NCBI RefSeq assembly: GCF_000021865.1
Contig: NC_014034.1
Location: 690,001-722,000 of the forward strand
Reading direction: 5' to 3'
Source: Rhodobacter capsulatus SB 1003
GTDB lineage: Bacteria > Pseudomonadota > Alphaproteobacteria > Rhodobacterales > Rhodobacteraceae
Length of the DNA stretch: 32,000 nt
Below are positions 24,085 through 31,524 of this stretch, piece after piece. The position numbers and the translations under genes were made by a program. Numbering within the stretch: the first letter of the stretch is position 1; the number at the start of each line of letters is the position of its first letter. The notes beneath the pieces are model-generated. The model saw only the letters and a program-made list of their open reading frames with translations. It had not been told where the DNA came from and searched no databases.

Positions 24085-25370
24085 CGGTCGGTTTTCCTCA
24101 GTGCCAGCAGCTCGCGGGCGAGCGGCGCCAGTTCGGCCCGGGCCGTGGCGACCAGCGCGCGGGCGCGGTCTTGCGCGGTGGGGGCGGTTTCGGCCACCGC
24201 CCGGGCCAGGGTGGCGCCTGCCTCCGGGCCGGGGTCGATGCGCTGCGCGAGGCCCGCGGCGGCGAGATCGGCGTAATCGGTGGCGAAATTATGCGTGACG
24301 GGGCCCGAAAGCACCGGCAGGCCCAGACAGACGGCCTCCCAGGGGTTATGGCCGCCGATGGGGCCGAAACTGCCGCCGATACAGGCGACCCGGGCCAGCC
24401 GATACCAAAGGCCAAGCTCGCCGAAACTGTCGGCCAGATAGACCTGCGTTGCGGCCTCGGGCATCCCGCCCGTGCTGCGCCGGGTGCTGCTCAGCCCGGC
24501 TGCTGTCAGCGCATCCAGGATCGCCTCGGCCCGGGCGGGCAGGCGCGGGGCCAGGATCAACAGCCAGCTCGGGTTCTGCGCCGAAAGCGCCCTGGCGGCC
24601 GCGATCACCACCGCCTCGTCCTCGGCATGGGTGGAGGCCGCAACCCAGATCTTGCGGCCCGAGAGCGCGGCCTGAAACCGGGACAGCTCGGCCGGATCGA
24701 CGCCCAGCGGCGCCGCGGCGGGCTTGAGCGAGCGCATCACCCGCACGCTTTCTGCCCCCAGCGCGCGCAGATGCCCGGCCGAGACCGCATCCTGCGCCGC
24801 GATCAGGGAAAACCGCCCGAGCACATCGCGGTAAAGCCCGCCCAGCCGCGCCCGTTTCGCCGCCGCCCTGGCGCCGATCCGGGCGTTCACATAGGCCAAC
24901 GGCACGCCGCGCGCGGCAGTGTCGCAGATCGCGCCCGGCCACAGATCCTGTTCCGACCAGATCGACAGATCCGGGCGCCAGTGATCCAGAAAACGGCGCA
25001 GGAAATCGGGTCCGTCCAGCGGCAGGAACTGATGCACCGCACCCGCGGGCAGGTTCGACCCCAGCACCTGCGCCGAAGACCGCGCCGTCGAGGTGATCAG
25101 CACCGAGAGGGCCGGGTCCTCGGCCTGCAGCGCGGCGATCAGCGGGCGCAGCGCCAGCACCTCGCCCAGACCCACCGCATGCAGCCAGACCAGCCGCCCC
25201 GCAGGCCGCGCCGCGGTCGGACGGCCCAGCTTTTCGGGCAGGCGCGCGGGATCTTCCTTGCCCTGCTTCAGCCGCCGCGCCAGCACCGCGCGCATCAGCG
25301 GTTGCGCCAGCCGCCGCGCCGCCAGATAGGCGCGCAGCTGCCAGCCGTCATCGGCGGAACGGGCGTTCAT
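24081..25370 (-). CDS. waaA: 3-deoxy-D-manno-octulosonic acid (Kdo) transferase, paralogue 1
   Basis: 429-aa ORF with AAGGAG upstream of the ATG at 25370. The family signature is LVWLHAVGLGE. The C-terminal motif is IGGSFGPIGGHNPWEAVCLGLPVLSGPVTHNF, typical of KdtA/WaaA. Which of the two paralogues is the canonical waaA cannot be decided from sequence alone. Confidence 0.8.
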   Translation of the reverse strand: MNARSADDGWQLRAYLAARRLAQPLMRAVLARRLKQGKEDPARLPEKLGRPTAARPAGRLVWLHAVGLGEVLALRPLIAALQAEDPALSVLITSTARSSAQVLGSNLPAGAVHQFLPLDGPDFLRRFLDHWRPDLSIWSEQDLWPGAICDTAARGVPLAYVNARIGARAAAKRARLGGLYRDVLGRFSLIAAQDAVSAGHLRALGAESVRVMRSLKPAAAPLGVDPAELSRFQAALSGRKIWVAASTHAEDEAVVIAAARALSAQNPSWLLILAPRLPARAEAILDALTAAGLSSTRRSTGGMPEAATQVYLADSFGELGLWYRLARVACIGGSFGPIGGHNPWEAVCLGLPVLSGPVTHNFATDYADLAAAGLAQRIDPGPEAGATLARAVAETAPTAQDRARALVATARAELAPLARELLALRKTDR

Positions 25371-25448
25371 CTTGGCGCTCCTTTCGGGTCCGGGGCGAAA
25401 ATCGCGCGGACCCTAGGGCGGCGGCACGTCTTTGTCCATCCGGCCCGC

Positions 25449-25841
25449 TCAGACGAGGCCAAGCCCCACCGCCGCGACGAAACCGACATTGCACAGCACC
25501 ATCAGCCCGACGGCCAGCGAGCCCAGATCCTTGGCGTCCTTGGCCGCCCGCGACCATTCGGGCGAGATCCGGTCGGTCAGCACCTCGATCGCGGTGTTCA
25601 GCGCCTCGACGGCCAGAAGCAGCGCGAAAAGCACGCCAAAGCCCAAGAAGTGCGCCGCCGACGCACCGAAAAGCGCCAAAAGCCCCAGCGCGACGGCGCC
25701 CAGGATCAGTTCCTGCCGGGCGGCGGTCTCGCGCCAAAGCCGCCCCATCCCGGAGAGCGAATAGCCGGTCGCATCGATCAGATGCCCCAGCCCCGGCCGC
25801 GGCGGCACCACCTGCGGCGCGGGTTCTTCCGGCTTGGTCAT
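25449..25841 (-). CDS. dgkA: Diacylglycerol kinase (prokaryotic DgkA family)
   Basis: Small polytopic membrane protein with the conserved LLAVEALNTAIEVLTDRISPE motif. The tracked ORF opens at GTG 25844. The ATG one codon later (25839-25841) shares 1 nt with the eptA-like stop (TGATG) and follows an AAGGGGGGG Shine-Dalgarno-like run. Confidence 0.85.
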   Translation of the reverse strand: MTKPEEPAPQVVPPRPGLGHLIDATGYSLSGMGRLWRETAARQELILGAVALGLLALFGASAAHFLGFGVLFALLLAVEALNTAIEVLTDRISPEWSRAAKDAKDLGSLAVGLMVLCNVGFVAAVGLGLV

Positions 25842-27508
25842 CACGCCCCCCCCTTGCGGCAGTCGTGGCTCAGATCCAGCGCATCCTTGCGCACCGAGGT
25901 CCGGATGTCGAGCAGGCCCAGCACCGAATGGAAGAGGTTGTCATGCGACACCGCCGCCCCGGATTGCGCCGCCAGACAGGCTTGCGGCACCTGCATCGCG
26001 TCCTGGAAGGCCTGCGACAGCCAGATCACGAAGGGCACCTTGCGCTGTTCGTCAGGCGCCATGAACATCGGCGCGGCATGCAGATAAAGCCCTTTCTCGC
26101 CAAGGCTTTCGCCATGATCCGAGACGAAATACATCGCCGGGATCACGCGGTCTTGCGCCGCCATCATCCGCACCGTCTCGGCCAGCACATGATCGGTCAT
26201 GCGGATCGAATTGTCATAGGCGTTGACGATTTCCTCGGCCTTGCAATCGGCAAAGGCCGAAGACCGGCAATCGGGTTTGAACACCGCCTGATCGGCCGGG
26301 TAGCGCAGGTAATAGGCCGGCCCGTGGCTGCCGATCATGTGCAGGACGAGCACGGTGTTTTCGGTGATCGTCTCCATCCGCGCCTTGATGATCGGCAGGA
26401 AGGCGGCATCGGTGCATTCGCCCCCCGCACAGGCGGCCGGATCCAGCGTCGCATCGACCCGCGTCACCGGGCCCAGCCGTTTCGCCACCTGCTGATCGCC
26501 GGTGTTGTTGTCGATCCATTCCACCTTCAGCCCGGCATGGGCCAGGATGTCGACCAGATTTTCGCGGCCAAGGAAGCGCTTTTGCGCATAGCCCTCGGTG
26601 CCCAGATCGGAAAACATGCAGGGCACCGACACCGCGGTCGAGGTGCCGCAAGAAGAGGTGTCGGTGAAATTCACCACGTCAAGTTTCGCCAGTTCCGGGG
26701 TGGTGTCGCGCCCATAGCCGTTCAGCCCGAAATTCTGCGCCCGCGCGGTCTCGCCGACGAAAAGCACGAAGAGCACCGGCTTTTGCGCCGCCTGCAGCAA
26801 GGGCCCCGGGCGGGCATCGCGGCCATAGGGCGCGGCGGTGATGTCGGCGGTAGCAAAGCGCAGCACGCCATAGCGCGCCATCGCCCGCAGCGGCGCCCCG
26901 GGCTGGAAGGCGGCCAGCATCTCGCGGTGGTTGCGCACGGCGGGGGCGAAGCTGCGGTAATTGCTGACCAGAAGCCCCAACAGCAGCGCCGTCGTCAGGG
27001 CAATCCCCAGCGGCCAGCGCCAGATCAGGCTGCGCAGCCGCACCGGCTTCAGCGGCAGGACGAAGATCAGCGCCGCGGGCAGCACGCCCCACAGCCCGAT
27101 ATCGCGGAAAAACTGCAGCGTGAACAGATGCTTGCTTTCCGTCGTCGTGGTCAGCATGGCGTTCTGGATCATGTCGCGGTCGATCAGCACGCCATAGGCG
27201 GCGCGGAAATGCTCGGCCACGGCGGCGGTCAGGATCATCAGCGCCAGCGCTGGACGCTGCAGCCGGGGCAGGGTGACAAAGGCCATCAGCAGCAGCAAAA
27301 GCACGCTGACCGAGGCGCCAAAGGCCACCAGCGCCACCGGATCCTTGGCGAAGACCCGGAAGATCGCCGACCACAGGCCGCCGTTCAGCGCCAAAAGCAG
27401 ATAGGCCGCGACCAGCAGATTGAGCCCCCAGGGGCTCAGCTGCACCCGCGACGGGGCGGGGGCCCTGCCGGGTCCGGGCGGCGAAAAGGGAAGGGGGGTG
27501 CTCGACAT
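25841..27508 (-). CDS. eptA: Lipid A (or Kdo) phosphoethanolamine transferase, EptA/MCR-like
   Basis: The start is the ATG at 27506-27508 (residue 157 of tracked ORF 25841..27976), preceded by AAGGAGA. This gives 555 aa. The N-terminus has 5 TM-like helices. The sulfatase-type domain contains VLFVGETARAQNFGLNGY, SCGTSTAVSVPCMF, VLHMIGSHGPAYYLRYP, NAYDNSI and YFVSDHGESLGE. Whether the target is lipid A (EptA) or Kdo (EptB) is not decidable here. Confidence 0.85.
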   Translation of the reverse strand: MSSTPLPFSPPGPGRAPAPSRVQLSPWGLNLLVAAYLLLALNGGLWSAIFRVFAKDPVALVAFGASVSVLLLLLMAFVTLPRLQRPALALMILTAAVAEHFRAAYGVLIDRDMIQNAMLTTTTESKHLFTLQFFRDIGLWGVLPAALIFVLPLKPVRLRSLIWRWPLGIALTTALLLGLLVSNYRSFAPAVRNHREMLAAFQPGAPLRAMARYGVLRFATADITAAPYGRDARPGPLLQAAQKPVLFVLFVGETARAQNFGLNGYGRDTTPELAKLDVVNFTDTSSCGTSTAVSVPCMFSDLGTEGYAQKRFLGRENLVDILAHAGLKVEWIDNNTGDQQVAKRLGPVTRVDATLDPAACAGGECTDAAFLPIIKARMETITENTVLVLHMIGSHGPAYYLRYPADQAVFKPDCRSSAFADCKAEEIVNAYDNSIRMTDHVLAETVRMMAAQDRVIPAMYFVSDHGESLGEKGLYLHAAPMFMAPDEQRKVPFVIWLSQAFQDAMQVPQACLAAQSGAAVSHDNLFHSVLGLLDIRTSVRKDALDLSHDCRKGGA

Positions 27509-27519
27509 CTGGTCCGTCT

Positions 27520-27571
27520 CCTTGCGGGTCTTGCCGTCGATCTCGCCGCGCTGCCTTGCGCCAGCCTTACG
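27520..27571. promoter_or_regulatory. Four CTTGC/CTTAC-type direct repeats in the divergent eptA / response-regulator intergenic region
   Basis: CCTTGCG (27520-27526), CTTGCCG (27530-27536), CCTTGCG (27554-27560) and CCTTACG (27565-27571). The second pair is phased at 11 bp start to start, as expected for OmpR/PhoB-family tandem binding sites. Confidence 0.35.
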
Positions 27572-27631
27572 ATCGCGGGCGGGGGCGGAAAAATCCTCGT
27601 CAAAGGACGCGGGCGCGGTTATGCCGGGGGC

Positions 27632-28285
27632 ATGCGTCTGCTTCTGGTCGAAGATACCGCCGATCTGGCCGAGACCCTTGCGCGCCATCTGCGCGCCGAG
27701 GGCCATGCCGTCGATCTGGCGACCGATGTCGAGGGCGCGCGCACGGCGCTGGCGGTCAGCGACTATGCCTGCGTGATCCTGGATCTGGGCCTGCCCGACG
27801 GTTCGGGGCTGGCGGTGCTGCGCGACTGCCGCGACCGTGGCGACCGCACGCCGGTCATCATCGCCACCGCCCGCGACCAGATTTCCGACCGTATCGCGGG
27901 GCTGGATGCCGGGGCCGATGATTACGTGGTCAAGCCCTTCGATCTGAACGAATTGTCCGCCCGCATCCGGGCCCATGCCCGGCGCGCGCAGGGCGTGCCC
28001 GAGGCGCGGATCGTGCTGGGCGAGCTGGAAGTGGACCGGGCGCTTGCCCGGGTCTGGCGGGCGGGGGCCGAGGTGCGGCTGACGGCGCGGGAATGGGCGC
28101 TCTTCGAGGCGCTTTTGGGCGCGCGCGGCCGGGTTCTGGGCAAATCCGCGCTGGAAGAGGCGCTTTACGCCTTTGACGACCGGATCGAGGGCAATGCGAT
28201 CGAGGTCTATGTCTCGCGGTTGCGCGCGAAGCTGGGCCCCGCGGTGATCGAGACCCGGCGCGGTCTGGGCTATGTGCTGCCATGA
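27632..28285 (+). CDS. OmpR/PhoB-family response regulator (PmrA/BasR-like by context)
   Basis: 217 aa starting at MRLLLVEDT (ATG 27632, within the 25865..28285 tracked ORF, whose upstream part is antisense to eptA). The receiver domain contains DLGLPDGSG (phospho-acceptor Asp) and KPF. The winged-helix C-terminus contains LTAREWALFEAL...VYVSRLRAKL...RGLGYVL. Confidence 0.85.
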   Translation: MRLLLVEDTADLAETLARHLRAEGHAVDLATDVEGARTALAVSDYACVILDLGLPDGSGLAVLRDCRDRGDRTPVIIATARDQISDRIAGLDAGADDYVVKPFDLNELSARIRAHARRAQGVPEARIVLGELEVDRALARVWRAGAEVRLTAREWALFEALLGARGRVLGKSALEEALYAFDDRIEGNAIEVYVSRLRAKLGPAVIETRRGLGYVLP

Positions 28286-29514
28286 GCCGCGCGCCGCTGT
28301 CGATCCGCAACCGGCTGTTGCGCGCCGTGCTGGGGGTGGTGGCGCTGGGCTGGCTGGGCACGGTGGCGCTGACCGCGCTTTTCATCGACCGCGAGATGAG
28401 CGAGGGCTTCGACGAGGAGCTGGAACTGGTCGCCGAGACGACGATCCTCGCACTCGAAACCGGCAGCAATCCGGCGGTGCCGCGGCTGGTGGGGGTCTCG
28501 CCCGGGCAGGATCAGCGGCTGTTGCGGATCATCCGCCCCGGCGCGCCCGAACCGGCAGTGCCCTGGGTTTCGCCCGCGGTGGACGGCTATTTCGATCACG
28601 CGGGCTGGCGCGTTTTGCGGCGCAGCGGCGATCACGAAGTGGTCGAGGTGGCGCATAACCAGGCCTGGCGGCGCTCGGAAATGGCCGAGGCGGCGGTGTC
28701 GCTGCTGATCCTGGTCGGCCCGGTGGTGGCGCTGCTGATCCTTGGCATCCGGCGGGCGCTGCGCCGCGCGCTGGCGCCGCTTGACGATCTGGCGGGAACG
28801 ATTGCCGGGCGCGGTCCCGACGATCTTTCGCCCCTGCCCGAGGCCGGTCTGGCGCGGGAATTGCGCCCGCTCGCGCACGGGCTGAACGGCTATCTGGCGC
28901 GGATCGACGATCTGCGCGCGATCGAGCGCCGCTTCGTCGCCAATGCCGCGCATGAGCTGCGCACGCCGATCGCGGCGATCCGGGGGCGGCTGGATCTGCT
29001 GGGCGGGCCGGGGGCGGCGGCGGCGCTGCCGATGCTCGATGATCTGACCCGGCGGGTGGAGCGGCTGTTGCAGCTGTCGCGGTCCGAGGCCGGGCTGGGT
29101 CTGGGGCGCGGCCCCTCGGATCTGGTGCAGGTGGCGCGGCTTCTGGTCGAGGAGGCGCGGCGGCAGGGGGCAGAGGTGCGCTTCGACGATGGCGATGTCG
29201 AAAGCCTGAGCCTGCCCGTCGATGCCGATGCGCTGGCGATCCTGATCCGCAACCTGCTGGAAAACGCGCTGGAACACGGCACCGGGCCGGTGCGGGTGGT
29301 GATTTCTCTGGCCGGTGACGGCGGCGGAGCGGCGCTGATGATCGAGAACCCGACCGCGCAGACGGCCTTTGTCGAGGCGCCCTTTGCCAAGGGGCCGGGC
29401 TCGCGCGGGTTGGGGCTGGGGCTTTCCATCGTCGCGGCCCTGGCGGCGGCGATGGGCGCCAGTGTCGACAAGACCATCCGCGCCGGGCGGGCGCGGGTGG
29501 TGGTGCGGTTTTAA
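28282..29514 (+). CDS. Sensor histidine kinase (HisKA + HATPase_c), cognate to the upstream regulator
   Basis: 410-aa ORF whose ATG is in an ATGA overlap with the regulator's stop. It has two TM segments flanking a sensor loop of about 130 aa. The H-box is FVANAAHELRTPIAAIRG, the N-box is IRNLLENALEHG, and the G-boxes are GPGSRGLGLGLSIV. Confidence 0.85.
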   Translation: MSRAPLSIRNRLLRAVLGVVALGWLGTVALTALFIDREMSEGFDEELELVAETTILALETGSNPAVPRLVGVSPGQDQRLLRIIRPGAPEPAVPWVSPAVDGYFDHAGWRVLRRSGDHEVVEVAHNQAWRRSEMAEAAVSLLILVGPVVALLILGIRRALRRALAPLDDLAGTIAGRGPDDLSPLPEAGLARELRPLAHGLNGYLARIDDLRAIERRFVANAAHELRTPIAAIRGRLDLLGGPGAAAALPMLDDLTRRVERLLQLSRSEAGLGLGRGPSDLVQVARLLVEEARRQGAEVRFDDGDVESLSLPVDADALAILIRNLLENALEHGTGPVRVVISLAGDGGGAALMIENPTAQTAFVEAPFAKGPGSRGLGLGLSIVAALAAAMGASVDKTIRAGRARVVVRF

Positions 29515-30833
29515 AGCCAGCTTTCGACGACGTTGCGCAGGTCGATCCGGGCGCGCAGCTTCGTGGCCAGAAGATAGACGCCGCCGAATTTGCGCTGCAG
29601 AAACAGGCTGTCCACCGGCGGGAAGCGGAAATGATGCCGATGCGACTGCAAGGCCAGGCTTTCGTCGCGCATCCGCAGCGCCAGATCGTTCTGGCCGAAA
29701 TCGTAAAACCCGGGCTGACGCAGGGGCTCGACCGACATCCGGAACATCTCGAGCAGCAGCGCCTCCAGATCCTCGGGCATCTCGGCATGCAGGAAACCGA
29801 TCTCGCGCGCGGCATCGCGCACGCCGGTCATGTCGTCATCGAGCCCCGCGCGTAAAAGCCGCCGATAGCGGTCGGCAAAAGCCTCGGGGAATTCCCGCGT
29901 CGCGCCGAAATCGAGCAAGATCACCCGCCCCGTTGCCGGATCGTAGCGGAAATTGGCGAAATTCGGGTCGGTCTGCATCAGCCGGTAGTCGAAGAGTTCG
30001 CGGAAGATCAGATCGACGATCAGCCGCATCACCCGGTCGCGTTCCGCCTGCGGCGCGGTTTCCAGGCTTTCGATCGGCACGCCTTCGACAAAAGACATCG
30101 CCAGAACCTCGCGCGTGGTCAGATCGGCATGCAGCGCGGGCACGGTGAAATCGGCACTGTTTTCCTTGAGTTGCCCGAACAGCGCCAGATACTTGCCCTC
30201 GCGCTCGTAATCGGCCTCTTCGTGCAGCTGCCGCTTCGCCTCCTCCAGCATCGGCGCGATATCGAGCCCCTTCGGCACGAGGCCCGAAATCTTCATCAGC
30301 GTCGCGACATTGTCGACATCCGAATCGATCGACTTGCGCACGCCCGGATATTGCACCTTGATCGCCAGATCGCGGCCGTCTTTCGTCCAGGCCCGGTGCA
30401 CCTGCCCGATCGAGGCGGCGGCGATGGGATGCACGTCGAATTTCTTGAAATGCTTGAGGAAATCCGGACCCCAAGCGGCGATCAGCACCTTTTTCAGCTG
30501 CGCGGGCGGCATGAAATGCGCCTCGGCGCGCAGCCGGGCCATGATCTGCGACAGCTCGGGCGGCAGCATCTCGCCCGCGTCCATCGACATCAGCTGCCCC
30601 ATCTTCATCGCCGCGCCGCGCATCTGCGCCAGCTTGTCGGCGACCTTGAGCGCGTTTTGCGGCGTCAGCAGCAGATCGCTCATCACCGGGCGCTGGCCGC
30701 GGGCAAGGCTTTTCGCCCCCTCGGCCATCACCGAGCCCGCGATGCTGGAGGCCAGCCCGCCAAGCTTCGCCGCGCGCACGAAACGCGAGGACGGCACGGG
30801 CATGGGTTTCATATCGGGCTTGCGCTCGGTCAT
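29511..30833 (-). CDS. ABC1/AarF/UbiB-family atypical protein kinase-like protein
   Basis: 440-aa ORF containing PIAAASIGQVHRA, LAIKVQYPGV, EADYEREG, MQTDPNFANFRY (HxDxHPGN-like variant) and ILLDFGA. No C-terminal TM helices were seen. Confidence 0.8.
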   Translation of the reverse strand: MTERKPDMKPMPVPSSRFVRAAKLGGLASSIAGSVMAEGAKSLARGQRPVMSDLLLTPQNALKVADKLAQMRGAAMKMGQLMSMDAGEMLPPELSQIMARLRAEAHFMPPAQLKKVLIAAWGPDFLKHFKKFDVHPIAAASIGQVHRAWTKDGRDLAIKVQYPGVRKSIDSDVDNVATLMKISGLVPKGLDIAPMLEEAKRQLHEEADYEREGKYLALFGQLKENSADFTVPALHADLTTREVLAMSFVEGVPIESLETAPQAERDRVMRLIVDLIFRELFDYRLMQTDPNFANFRYDPATGRVILLDFGATREFPEAFADRYRRLLRAGLDDDMTGVRDAAREIGFLHAEMPEDLEALLLEMFRMSVEPLRQPGFYDFGQNDLALRMRDESLALQSHRHHFRFPPVDSLFLQRKFGGVYLLATKLRARIDLRNVVESWL

Positions 30834-30873
30834 GGTCGCTCCGGATTTGGGTTTGGGTCAGATAGGACGGGGC

Positions 30874-31509
30874 TCAGCCCCGGCAAGAGCCGCCGCCGCC
30901 GCAGCCACAGCCGCCGCCCTGGCGCGGCGCATCGCGCAGCACCGGAACCGCCTCGGCCGCATGATCCTGGCCGCCACAGCCGCAGCCGCGCCCACCGCGA
31001 CGGCGCCCGTGGCCATGCCCGCGCCCGTGGTGATGCCCGCCGCCGCCACAGCCGCAACCGCCGTGGTCGTGCCCGTGGTCATGGTCATGGCCGCCGCAGC
31101 CGCCCTGACCGTCGCAGCCCTCGCGGCCGTGATCGCCACAACCGCAGCCCTCCAGATCCTCCAGCCGCATCCCCGCGGCCGAAAGCGCCTCGACGATGGC
31201 CACGGCAAGCGAAGCCGCAGCGCTGGCCGGATCGGTCTCTTCCTCGCTGACCACGGCCAGAACGCCGCGCGCCGCCATCCGGTCGCCGAAAGCCTCGGTC
31301 GCGGCGGCGGAAATCACCGCCGTCATGTCGTCGAACGGATGCGGGGAGGCGGGATCCTCGGCGGGCATCCGCAGCGCCTCGGGCAGGTCGATCCGCGCCA
31401 CTTCCTGCGCCTTGGCCCCCGCCGCGACCTCGTAGATCAGGAACGGGCCGGTCTCTCCGGCCTGGCCGGAAATGGTGCGGAAATTCTGGCTGGCGACAGC
31501 GATGAGCAT
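30874..31509 (-). CDS. NifX/NifB-C-terminal-like (dinitrogenase FeMo-cofactor-binding fold family) domain protein with Cys/His/Gly-rich C-terminal tail
   Basis: 211-aa ORF. The N-terminus MLIAVASQNFRTISGQAGETGPFLIYEV matches the start pattern of NifX-like small proteins. Residues 121-211 are low-complexity and carry four GCGCG motifs plus HDHDHGHDH and HHHGRGHGH runs. Confidence 0.6.
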   Translation of the reverse strand: MLIAVASQNFRTISGQAGETGPFLIYEVAAGAKAQEVARIDLPEALRMPAEDPASPHPFDDMTAVISAAATEAFGDRMAARGVLAVVSEEETDPASAAASLAVAIVEALSAAGMRLEDLEGCGCGDHGREGCDGQGGCGGHDHDHGHDHGGCGCGGGGHHHGRGHGHGRRRGGRGCGCGGQDHAAEAVPVLRDAPRQGGGCGCGGGGSCRG

Positions 31510-31524
31510 GGAAGGATCCTTGAA

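Noticed and set aside
29511-29514. Convergent histidine-kinase and ABC1-kinase genes whose stop codons overlap (TTTAAA), leaving no room for a terminator
   Set aside because: This is real but commonplace in compact genomes, and there is no evidence of functional significance beyond possible convergent-transcription interference.
30877-31149. Highly repetitive GC-rich DNA (GCCGCC/GCAGCC runs), considered as a possible tandem repeat or CRISPR-like array
   Set aside because: There is no regular repeat-spacer periodicity. The repetitiveness is fully explained by the in-frame Gly/Cys/His-rich codons of the NifX-like protein tail.
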